64,000 nt of DNA from the IMG/VR virus record IMGVR_UViG_3300027759_003844, positions 45,178 to 109,177 of that record, one strand, 5' to 3'. The notes beneath the pieces are model-generated. The model saw only the letters and a list, made by a program, of their open reading frames with translations, was not told the origin of the DNA and searched no databases. Source of the DNA: a virus (Duplodnaviria; Caudoviricetes). Each line of letters starts with the position of its first letter. Positions within the stretch are counted from its first letter, which is position 1. The translations under genes were made by a program, and so were the position numbers. Below are positions 56,763-64,000 of this stretch, piece after piece.

Positions 56763-57164
56763 ATGAATTATATTAAAATTCCAGTAGACAATGCAGAAGC
56801 AATGATTAATCAGCATTCTTTTCTAAAAAAGAAAAATGACGATATGGCTAAGGCTGCTTTTGCCCAAATGAAAGAATTTGTTGAAACAGCATCGTATCAT
56901 CAAGGTCAAATTGATATGTTAAGTAAGTCAGTTAAGGATGTAACATTCATGTTAACCACCAAACCAGCCGCATCTATTACAGGTAGCGATACTGGTTCAA
57001 CAAGCGAACCAGCATCCTCTAAGCCTTCGGCGCAAGAAGTTCCTCTTAATCCAGAACAGGTTCGCAAGTCAAGCTTGATTGAGACCCTTCAGGCTCACGA
57101 AGCCGCCTATGGCACATTTGACATTGATGTTGATGTAATTGCCAGTTTTTTGATGGCAAAGTAA
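56763..57164 (+). CDS. Hypothetical protein
   Basis: Start moved to ATG 56763 (AAGGAG SD). Confidence 0.65.
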   Translation: MNYIKIPVDNAEAMINQHSFLKKKNDDMAKAAFAQMKEFVETASYHQGQIDMLSKSVKDVTFMLTTKPAASITGSDTGSTSEPASSKPSAQEVPLNPEQVRKSSLIETLQAHEAAYGTFDIDVDVIASFLMAK

Positions 57165-57168
57165 AAAC

Positions 57169-57381
57169 ATGGAAGCTGTTGCCGTAGCGGTAATTGCTGC
57201 AGTAGGCGTTGTCTTGGCTGCCCTCGTACAAGCGGGTAGGAAAGAGAATAAGTCTGATCATGGAATTGTTGCTGATTTATTAAAAGGACTTCATGTAGAT
57301 GTTCAAAAAGTGGATAGCAAGCTTGAAGGTCATATTAAGCAACATGGCGATCTAAAAACCCCACCAGCTATCAAAAAATAA
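57169..57381 (+). CDS. Small membrane protein with coiled coil
   Basis: N-terminal hydrophobic helix; ENKSDHG...KLEGHI pattern. Confidence 0.65.
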   Translation: MEAVAVAVIAAVGVVLAALVQAGRKENKSDHGIVADLLKGLHVDVQKVDSKLEGHIKQHGDLKTPPAIKK

Positions 57382-57385
57382 TTTT

Positions 57386-57447
57386 AAGGGCGTTTCCTGA
57401 TTTATGATATTCCGAAAGGTTATTATAGATACGGGGGGCGCCCTTTT
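57386..57447 (+). terminator. Long GNRA-capped RNA hairpin with T-tract
   Basis: AAGGGCG-TTTCC-TG-ATTTATGATA-TT-CC-GAAA-GG-T-TATTATAGAT-ACGGGGGGCGCCCTT-TT; several G-U pairs. Confidence 0.6.
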
Positions 57448-57533
57448 GATATTCCCAAAAGAATTTCTAAAAACGAGGGGTTTTCTTTTCTAAAAGTGAT
57501 AATATCTATTCAACATCTACGAAAAGAGGGACT

Positions 57534-57989
57534 ATGACAGAAGAGCTATTTGAAGAAGAAGATAATGACTTTACTAGAACACCAGATTTTCATAAACTTC
57601 ATGAAAAACTAATTTCACTAGTTAAGCCAGATAATCACCGTGTAGCGTCATCAGTAATATATGGACATTATAAAAACTGGTCCCCAGTTAAAACTATGAA
57701 ATATTATAATGTTTCAGAAAATGAATATGAGCAATATGCAGAAATGTTTAACTTTAAAGAAAGGATGGTGAAACAAATGACTGGAAGAAAATCAAAGCAA
57801 GATAATATTGTTAATTTCTTGAATGGAAATGTTGGAAAGATTGTTACCCCTGTGCAATTAGCAACAGATGTACAAATCTCTCTCCCAACATTCTATAATT
57901 TCTATAATGCCAATCGTGGTTACTTTAAAAAAGTAAAGCGTGGACATTTTGAAATTCTTAATCCAAAAGAAGAACGAGTAAGTATTTAA
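57534..57989 (+). CDS. Putative HTH DNA-binding protein
   Basis: C-terminal TPVQLATDVQISLPTFYNF...FKKVKRGHFEI winged-helix-like segment. Confidence 0.55.
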   Translation: MTEELFEEEDNDFTRTPDFHKLHEKLISLVKPDNHRVASSVIYGHYKNWSPVKTMKYYNVSENEYEQYAEMFNFKERMVKQMTGRKSKQDNIVNFLNGNVGKIVTPVQLATDVQISLPTFYNFYNANRGYFKKVKRGHFEILNPKEERVSI

Positions 57990-58007
57990 TCATGGCTACG
58001 GTGGGAT

Positions 58008-58799
58008 ATGATTTTATTTAGAAATCTAGATATTGGTGATATCCCACCAACCCCATCAAACCTCCTTGAGAGTTTTAATACAAACAAGGCAAGCTCCTTG
58101 TTGCTAGAGTACGCTAAGGGCTTTGGGCATCCAGTTGGGTATCTACAAGAACAGCGTGGGCGAATTGTCCAAAACATTTTTCCAATTAGGAGACAGGCGG
58201 AGCATCAGATATCTTCATCTTCTAAAGTAAATTTAGAATTACATACAGAAGCAGCTTTCCACCCCCACTTACCAGATCACTTGTTGCTATTGTGTTTGCG
58301 TGGTGATGAAACAGCGGGGACAACTTACGCATTGTTGTCAGATGTGTTGAAAGATATACATATTGGCATTTTAAATATATTAAAAAAGAATTTGTTTAAA
58401 ACATCTGTTGATGAAAGTTTTAGATTAAATGGAGAGCAAGACCACTCTGTTGTAATGCCAATAATTAGTAGAGATATTAACAACAGGTATATTATGAAAT
58501 ATGATAGAACAGTTATGACTGGAACAACCACAGAGGCTCAAATGGCTTTGAATGTTTTCACCAAGGCTATTGAGCGAAACACGCAGACTGTTTTTTTAAA
58601 AACTGGAGATTTACTGGTTTTAGATAATAACATTACTGTTCATGGCAGAACTGCATTTCAGGCAAAATATGATGGTAGCGATAGATGGGTGCAAAGAACT
58701 GTTGTGCGTAAAGAAATTAATTCTATAAAAAACAAAACAACTTGTCCATTAACTGGATATACTGTAATTACCAAATACAGGGAGGATGACGGTGAGTGA
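58008..58799 (+). CDS. Clavaminate synthase/TauD-like Fe(II)/2OG dioxygenase
   Basis: LELHTEAAF (HxE), PDHLLLLCLR, GDLLVLDN-x3-VHGR, DRWVQR. Confidence 0.88.
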   Translation: MILFRNLDIGDIPPTPSNLLESFNTNKASSLLLEYAKGFGHPVGYLQEQRGRIVQNIFPIRRQAEHQISSSSKVNLELHTEAAFHPHLPDHLLLLCLRGDETAGTTYALLSDVLKDIHIGILNILKKNLFKTSVDESFRLNGEQDHSVVMPIISRDINNRYIMKYDRTVMTGTTTEAQMALNVFTKAIERNTQTVFLKTGDLLVLDNNITVHGRTAFQAKYDGSDRWVQRTVVRKEINSIKNKTTCPLTGYTVITKYREDDGE

Positions 58800-59115
58800 C
58801 AATAATTTCTATGATGATGAGTTCAATTATTCAATTTTTAGAGAAGAACTTAAAGAGCTAAAAATAAAAAATCTTCTAGCAGAAAATATACTGCTCAAAG
58901 ATCTTATCCAAGAAGCCCTGCCAGTTGTTATGGAGGCGTTCTCTGAAGAAGTGTATTGCGCAAGCTGGATGTACGATCTTGATATTTTTTCTCCAAAAGA
59001 AGATCCGTTGATTGGCAAGATGGCAAGAGTTCTTGGAGAGATTCCATTTTGGAACAACGGTGACTTGGACTGGAGAGTTTACCCAAGCGAGAGGGATTTT
59101 GATGACAAAGCCTAG
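58786..59115 (+). CDS. Hypothetical protein
   Basis: SE-x2-YCASW motif; operonic. Confidence 0.6.
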   Translation: MTVSDNNFYDDEFNYSIFREELKELKIKNLLAENILLKDLIQEALPVVMEAFSEEVYCASWMYDLDIFSPKEDPLIGKMARVLGEIPFWNNGDLDWRVYPSERDFDDKA

Positions 59116-59581
59116 TGTAGTCGTTGCGCCTATGGATGCATGGGTAGTTCGTTATGTTAATAAGCTAAAGAACATGATGGGTCTTTCTCATTGGACAATT
59201 CTTATGCAGACTAAACCATCCAGCCCCGATGCCCTTGGTGAGACAGAAGTTGTTCACGGTCAGCACCTAGCGAAGATGTATCTTCACAAAGATTTTAGGA
59301 AAGATACCGCAACAGATTTTCGTGCAACAGTTGTTCATGAATTACTTCATTGCCATATGGCTCACCTATCAGAAGTTGTTTCAGAAATTCTACAAGTAGA
59401 AGATGACGATCCAAAAGGTAAAGCAATTTTGAAAACAACAGTTAATGTCTTGGATTATGAAATTGAGCGGATTATTGATGCCATTTCAGAATCATTAGGG
59501 AAGTGGATGCCTCTACCAGATATGCCAAAGGAAAGAGTTGTAAAGAAAGTTGCTAAAAAGAAAGTAATCAAAAAGAAATAA
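59102..59581 (+). CDS. Putative zincin metalloprotease
   Basis: VVHELLHCH (HExxH); start moved to ATG 59102. Confidence 0.65.
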   Translation: MTKPSVVVAPMDAWVVRYVNKLKNMMGLSHWTILMQTKPSSPDALGETEVVHGQHLAKMYLHKDFRKDTATDFRATVVHELLHCHMAHLSEVVSEILQVEDDDPKGKAILKTTVNVLDYEIERIIDAISESLGKWMPLPDMPKERVVKKVAKKKVIKKK

Positions 59582-59582
59582 T

Positions 59583-59664
59583 GCTCTTATGGTGAAATCG
59601 GCAAACACGGAGGGCTTAAAACCCTTGACCGAAAGGTTTCTGGGTTCAAGTCCCAGTGAGAGCA
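59583..59664 (+). tRNA. tRNA-Leu (anticodon TAA)
   Basis: GCTCTTA/TGAGAGC acceptor; anticodon arm GAGGG-CTTAAAA-CCCTT; long variable arm; GGTTCAAGTCC T-arm. Confidence 0.9.
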
Positions 59665-59671
59665 CAAAATT

Positions 59672-60277
59672 ATGAAAATGCAGATCCCAAAAAATATGAC
59701 TGAACACATAGAGAAAATATTTAAAGGTGAATACGATATTGCATATAGAAATCCAAGCCCAGTAATTCTAGACATCGGCGGGAATATTGGTGGTTTTTCT
59801 TTATGGGCTAACAAGCGCTGGGCTAATTCAAAAATATACTCATATGAACCAATTAAAAATAATTTTAATTTATTAAAAGAAAATACAAAAAGTATAGATA
59901 ATATTGTAATATCAAATGTTGCAATAGGATCAAAAACAGAAACTAGAAGAATGCACTACGGAGCTCACAACATTGGCGAGTGTAGCTTTATAAATGGTGA
60001 CGAGCAAGTTGAAGAAGGTGAAGAAGTTTCCGTAATGTCGGCAAGTTTACTTCCAAACGCAAACATTGTAAAAATTGATACAGAAGGTGCTGAAATTGAA
60101 ATATTGGAAAATATGCTTATCAAACCAGATGTGTACTTGATTGAATTTCACTCAGCCTACAATAGAAGAAAGATAGATAGTATTTTGCACGACTATACTT
60201 TAATGGCTGCAGATATTAAGCTGCCTAATTATGGTATTCTTAAGTATGCATTGTCCAGCAGGATAAAATATGTGTAG
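59672..60277 (+). CDS. FkbM-family SAM-dependent methyltransferase
   Basis: LDIGGNIG, YEP and KIDTEGAE motifs. Confidence 0.9.
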   Translation: MKMQIPKNMTEHIEKIFKGEYDIAYRNPSPVILDIGGNIGGFSLWANKRWANSKIYSYEPIKNNFNLLKENTKSIDNIVISNVAIGSKTETRRMHYGAHNIGECSFINGDEQVEEGEEVSVMSASLLPNANIVKIDTEGAEIEILENMLIKPDVYLIEFHSAYNRRKIDSILHDYTLMAADIKLPNYGILKYALSSRIKYV

Positions 60278-60306
60278 ACACGCCTTGACTCAGCGGAGGA
60301 TTACTA

Positions 60307-60885
60307 ATGGCTGATATTGTAAAAATAAACAATGTCCTTCCTGAACATTTAGCAAATAGCATTTTAAATATGTGTTATGCTAATAATTTCCCTTGGTTTT
60401 ATTTAAACGACATTACCTATACTGAATTTAACAATAAAAATACTCACACTGATGGGCACGGGTTTTTTCATATGGTTCATCATGAGGGTGCAAGCTCTAC
60501 TTGGAATGAGGATTTAAAAAAATCATTAAAGCCAGCACATGATTTGATAGTGTCGGCAATACCGTTTTTTGAAGAAAAATTTAGTTTTGAATATAACAAA
60601 GTCACTAGAATTAGAATGGGGCTTCATACAAAAATTTCAAATGAATCAAAAACTTTTACACCGCATACTGATTCTCATAAACCTCATTTTGTAATTATAT
60701 ATTATGTTAATGATTCCGATGGAGATACTGTTTTTTACGGCGCTGGCAATAGGTCAACTGAGATATGCAGAGTATCTCCAGAAAAAAATTCTGCTGTATT
60801 TTTTGATGGCAGTACTCATCATGCGGGAAGCAGTCCCGCTAAGCATGCTAGAAGGATTGTAATTAATTTTTTATTTGAAATTTAA
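60307..60885 (+). CDS. 2OG-Fe(II) oxygenase
   Basis: PHTD, YYVNDSDGDT, FDG-x2-HHAGSSP, R-x-VIN. Confidence 0.82.
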   Translation: MADIVKINNVLPEHLANSILNMCYANNFPWFYLNDITYTEFNNKNTHTDGHGFFHMVHHEGASSTWNEDLKKSLKPAHDLIVSAIPFFEEKFSFEYNKVTRIRMGLHTKISNESKTFTPHTDSHKPHFVIIYYVNDSDGDTVFYGAGNRSTEICRVSPEKNSAVFFDGSTHHAGSSPAKHARRIVINFLFEI

Positions 60886-60886
60886 C

Positions 60887-60958
60887 GCCCCTTTAGCTCA
60901 GTGGTAGAGCACCTCACTTGTAATGAGGTGGTCCTCGGTTCAATCCCGAGAGGGGGCT
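60887..60958 (+). tRNA. tRNA-Thr (anticodon TGT)
   Basis: GCCCCTT/AGGGGGC acceptor; TAGCTCAGTGGTAGAGC D-arm; CCTCA-CTTGTAA-TGAGG; GGTTCAATCCC. Confidence 0.93.
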
Positions 60959-60960
60959 CT

Positions 60961-61521
60961 ATGATTATTTCACATACCAATAAGTTTATTTTTATAAAGT
61001 CAGAAAAGACTGGTGGTTCAAGCGTTGAAACCGCCTTGGAACCTTCGTTAGCTTTTAGCGATGTATACCATAAGAACGGTCATGAAATTCCAGCACAAAT
61101 ACTGCAAAGATACGGGAGCAAAATTTTTAACCATTATTTTAAATTCTCAATAGTGCGGAACCCATTTGACAAAATGGTTAGTCATTATTTTTGGCAAAAA
61201 TATCTTCAACCAGAAAAATACAATTCATTTCATGATTTTGTAAAAGAATTTTATGATAATAAAATAATTTCTAATTGGAAATATTTTTCAATAAACAATA
61301 ATATAGTTGTTGATCGTATTTTAAAATATGAAGATTTACAAAAAGATTTGCATTCAATATCTAGTGACATATCAATTGATATTGATATATCCAATATATT
61401 TGAAAAATCGGGCTACCGCCCAGTGAATGTGCCCTATCAGGAGTACTACTCTGATACAATTAAGGAAATGGTTGAAGAGCACTGTATACAAGAAATTTCT
61501 TTATTCAACTATTCTTTTTAA
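60961..61521 (+). CDS. Sulfotransferase family protein
   Basis: FIFIKSEKTGGSSV (PAPS-binding) and FSIVRNPFDKMVS; start moved to ATG 60961, after the tRNA. Confidence 0.85.
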   Translation: MIISHTNKFIFIKSEKTGGSSVETALEPSLAFSDVYHKNGHEIPAQILQRYGSKIFNHYFKFSIVRNPFDKMVSHYFWQKYLQPEKYNSFHDFVKEFYDNKIISNWKYFSINNNIVVDRILKYEDLQKDLHSISSDISIDIDISNIFEKSGYRPVNVPYQEYYSDTIKEMVEEHCIQEISLFNYSF

Positions 61522-61534
61522 AAATGGAGGTATA

Positions 61535-61615
61535 ATGTCAAAACAAGATAAAATCACACATGCAGTGTATTTCACACTTCACGCAATTACAATTGCTATA
61601 CTGTTAATTAAGTAA
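61535..61615 (+). CDS. 26-aa hydrophobic peptide
   Basis: GGAGG SD then MSKQDKITHAVYFTLHAITIAILLIK. Confidence 0.5.
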   Translation: MSKQDKITHAVYFTLHAITIAILLIK

Positions 61616-61620
61616 TACTC

Positions 61621-61696
61621 TGGCGAGTAGCTCAGTTGGCAGAGCAACGGACTGTTAATCCGTGGGTCGTAGGTTCAAACCCTACCTCGCCAGCCA
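61621..61696 (+). tRNA. tRNA-Asn (anticodon GTT), CCA encoded
   Basis: TGGCGAG/CTCGCCA acceptor; ACGGA-CTGTTAA-TCCGT; GGTTCAAACCC; G discriminator + CCA. Confidence 0.93.
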
Positions 61697-62262
61697 TGAA
61701 AATTATAGATAACTTTATTTCTGCAGAACAACAAGATGAGTTGTTGGACTATGTTGGCTCCAATCAATTTGTTTGGCGTTTACATCCAACCAATATTAGT
61801 GCAGGGGATAAGCCGTGGGCTCATGCCCCTACTCAACTTACCCATCATTTGTTTATGCACGATCAAAAAGCGGCATCCCCGCATTTAAAAATTATTCGCC
61901 CGTTGTTTGATGCAATTGTTCGGGAGTGTGGAGATATTACTTTGTTCAGAGCTAAGGTAAATCTAACATCTCCATGCCCACCATATAATTCATACGAGCC
62001 TCACACCCCGCATGTGGATCTGGGGTATGACGATGGAACAAAGATTGATCATATGGTTTGCATATACTACATTAATGAATCGGATGGTCCAACAATATTT
62101 TTTGATAAAAATTGGAATGAAGAAGACATTGTGTACCCCAAGAAGGGTAGGGCTATCATATTTGACGGGAGCACCCTCCATGCGGGTTCCAGCCCTGTAC
62201 AGTCTCCTTTCAGAATGGTAATGAACATAGACTTTAGACAAGGAGTGGGTCAAATCCCATAA
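61696..62262 (+). CDS. 2OG-Fe(II) oxygenase
   Basis: PHVD, YYINESDGPT, FDG-x2-LHAGSSP, RMVMN; paralogous to 60307-60885; start moved to ATG 61696. Confidence 0.82.
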   Translation: MKIIDNFISAEQQDELLDYVGSNQFVWRLHPTNISAGDKPWAHAPTQLTHHLFMHDQKAASPHLKIIRPLFDAIVRECGDITLFRAKVNLTSPCPPYNSYEPHTPHVDLGYDDGTKIDHMVCIYYINESDGPTIFFDKNWNEEDIVYPKKGRAIIFDGSTLHAGSSPVQSPFRMVMNIDFRQGVGQIP

Positions 62263-62269
62263 AAACAAT

Positions 62270-62929
62270 ATGCCAGAATTAAATGCTTCCATCCCCCCAA
62301 TTGAATGTTATGTCCGTGGTAACTTTTTGCGTAATCAATTAGACAGCCATGACCTAAAGTTCCCTTGTGTTATTTTTGGAGTTGCCTCCATTCCTGACAG
62401 AGCGCCCGTATTCCATTTTCTAATGGAAGATGGCGGTGTTTGGTGGAGAGCCCCTATAAATGCTTTCTGCGCATCTGAGGACAGTCCTGAAGTGGATCTA
62501 CATGACCTTGTGATGTGGAATAGCTTTTCATCGTACATTACCGTTACCTCCTTTCAACACATGAAGGGTATGGCAATGACTTACATTGATCGTCATGCTG
62601 ATAAAGTAAATGGCAAGTATCTATTCACTCTGGACTGGCATTCTCCCGATATCAATATTTTGGACGCAGGCTATTCGGTTAATCCTGGTCAGCACAAGTG
62701 CGGGCATGTGATTCAAAGGGCTGATGGTAATTTTGCTATCCAGCCGAACAATCGGGTGAGATTATGGGATCCTTCATATACAACCAAGAAAGATAAACCT
62801 CTTATTGAAAGGTTGATCAATCAAAAAATTTGGGATGTTGAAGATGGGGAGAAATGGCTTACCTCAGATGATGACCGATATGATTATGACATCGTGGCGC
62901 AAAAGGATACTAAGAAAGATTTGAGGTAG
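62270..62929 (+). CDS. Conserved phage hypothetical protein
   Basis: YLFTLDW...HKCGH...GNFAIQPNNR pattern; good ORF. Confidence 0.7.
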   Translation: MPELNASIPPIECYVRGNFLRNQLDSHDLKFPCVIFGVASIPDRAPVFHFLMEDGGVWWRAPINAFCASEDSPEVDLHDLVMWNSFSSYITVTSFQHMKGMAMTYIDRHADKVNGKYLFTLDWHSPDINILDAGYSVNPGQHKCGHVIQRADGNFAIQPNNRVRLWDPSYTTKKDKPLIERLINQKIWDVEDGEKWLTSDDDRYDYDIVAQKDTKKDLR

Positions 62930-62934
62930 TTTTT

Positions 62935-63063
62935 ATGATGTGGGTATGGTGGATGACTCAGTTGGCTTTTATTTTTCTTGTGGAGATCTTCCGCTACATT
63001 GTCATCGGGTTTCTTTTGTTTTCGGTGGCAAAAGTTGTACTAAGAAAGTTTGCTCGGCGCTAA
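62935..63063 (+). CDS. 42-aa membrane peptide
   Basis: GAGGT SD; manual translation MMWVWWMTQLAFIFLVEIFRYIVIGFLLFSVAKVVLRKFARR. Confidence 0.5.
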   Translation: MMWVWWMTQLAFIFLVEIFRYIVIGFLLFSVAKVVLRKFARR

Positions 63064-63465
63064 CTATTTTTTGTTGCGCTTGGCGAGAAGGGCATCAAAG
63101 TCTTTGATTTTGGTTTCGCCCATGTATCCCCATGCATAGCCTTCTTCAATGAGTAGTTCGTTGATTGACTTGGCAGCTTTGTCCAAATACACCCAACCCA
63201 AGATGCGCCCGTACTTTTCGGTGCTGTCTGGTTTCTCGGTTACGATAATCACATCTTTGGCGGCATCAATGGCTTTCTTAAGTTTCTCTTTTACCTCAAG
63301 CCCCAATGCCTTCTCTCGTGCGTCTTTTGTGCGGGATTCAGGGGTGTCTATTCCAGCCAGTCTTACCCGTTGCGTATAGGAGATATCAAAGCCCAAATCA
63401 ATGTCCACATCAATTGTATCGCCATCAACAACCTTAAGAACCTTTTTTACACGGTATTCGTACAT
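63064..63465 (-). CDS. Thermonuclease (SNase-like)
   Basis: VVDGDT, RVRLAGIDTPE, KYGRILG; start moved to ATG 63465 (TATAAT 6 nt upstream). Confidence 0.9.
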   Translation of the reverse strand: MYEYRVKKVLKVVDGDTIDVDIDLGFDISYTQRVRLAGIDTPESRTKDAREKALGLEVKEKLKKAIDAAKDVIIVTEKPDSTEKYGRILGWVYLDKAAKSINELLIEEGYAWGYMGETKIKDFDALLAKRNKK

Positions 63466-63519
63466 CTTTACATTATACCACGGTGGCTCCGAAAGTACTA
63501 ACAAAGTTTGTTTGTGGGT

Positions 63520-63765
63520 TTAAGGTTCAATAAAGATACATTCGCCAGGACATTCCTCGGCGGCTTCAATTACATCTTCCAACCGATCATCGGCAAAAGA
63601 TGCTAAACCATCTGCGCCTTCGGGGTTCCCCACAGATTTGGCATATACTTTTTCGCCTTCTCTTGTGTATGCCAAACCATCGGGCATCATAATGAATACA
63701 TCTGGTGCAATTTCTGCGCATAGCCCATCCCCCGTACACAAATCTTGGTCAATCCATACTCTCAT
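63520..63765 (-). CDS. Ferredoxin (actinobacterial single-cluster type)
   Basis: CTGDGLC...APDVF...CPGECI. Confidence 0.9.
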   Translation of the reverse strand: MRVWIDQDLCTGDGLCAEIAPDVFIMMPDGLAYTREGEKVYAKSVGNPEGADGLASFADDRLEDVIEAAEECPGECIFIEP

Positions 63766-64000
63766 TTTTTCCCTTTGGTGATTGGTCCACCTGTCAATAC
63801 ATCAACACCAGTTTCAGTGACCAACACGGTGTGTTCAAATTGCGCAGTCCGCTTGCCGTCTGCAGTCACTGCAGTCCAGCCGTCGTTCCACATGCGGTGC
63901 TGCCATGTGCCAAGTGAAATCATCGGCTCAATCGTGAATGTCATGCCAGGTCGCATTATTGTATTGTTGCTCTTGTCGTAGTAGTGCAGCACCTGAATAT
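63762..64000 (-). CDS. map: Methionine aminopeptidase type I (3' part only)
   Basis: [15 protein letters not shown]-x2-TADG, AQFEHT; frame is open to the window edge. Confidence 0.9.
   Translation of the reverse strand, partial: IQVLHYYDKSNNTIMRPGMTFTIEPMISLGTWQHRMWNDGWTAVTADGKRTAQFEHTVLVTETGVDVLTGGPITKGKK

Noticed and set aside
60278-60306. GCCTTGACTCAGCGG as a tRNA remnant
   Set aside because: Too short, with no anticodon or T-arm; also contains the GGAGG SD of the next gene
60901-60960. ORF-track N-terminal extensions at 60901 and 61636
   Set aside because: They are translations of tRNA-Thr and tRNA-Asn; better starts are 60961 and 61696
1-64000. Stop-codon recoding
   Set aside because: Standard-code ORFs tile the window densely and no suppressor tRNA is present

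Overview
A 64-kb segment of a large, AT-rich, long-tailed (siphovirus-like) dsDNA phage genome. The host is most likely actinobacterial, judged from a WhiB regulator, an actinobacterial-type ferredoxin and MetAP, and many apparently leaderless genes; a freshwater Acidimicrobiia-like host is an inference. Positions 1-54.7 kb are almost all on the minus strand. Read in transcription order they hold a GT4 glycosyltransferase, class II ribonucleotide reductase, portal, a protease/scaffold polyprotein, major capsid, fibre genes, an AT-rich halogenase/2OG-oxygenase cassette, a mucin-like membrane protein, the lysis cassette, more fibres, head-tail connectors, major tail, frameshifted tail chaperones, a 2871-aa tape measure, tail tip, HNH, and a replication block (metallophosphoesterase, WhiB, DnaB helicase, primase, SSB). 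After a repeat-rich divergent intergenic region (54.7-54.9 kb), a plus-strand block carries putative capsid-cargo proteins and three tRNAs, each abutting a modification-enzyme gene. The window ends with a minus-strand thermonuclease, ferredoxin and partial MetAP. No terminase, integrase or CRISPR array is seen. Top leads: (1) a Dps/ferritin domain inside the prohead protease-scaffold polyprotein, with a K-[A/S] motif (KANEVTT) shared by the capsid protein and a distant protein; (2) a Cys/Trp-rich virion protein followed by a halogenase/oxygenase cassette, a possible virion-tailoring system; (3) a ~950-aa enzyme-like cargo inserted in the tape measure C-terminus; (4) tRNAs placed directly against downstream start codons. 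All family assignments come from motif recognition, not database searches.
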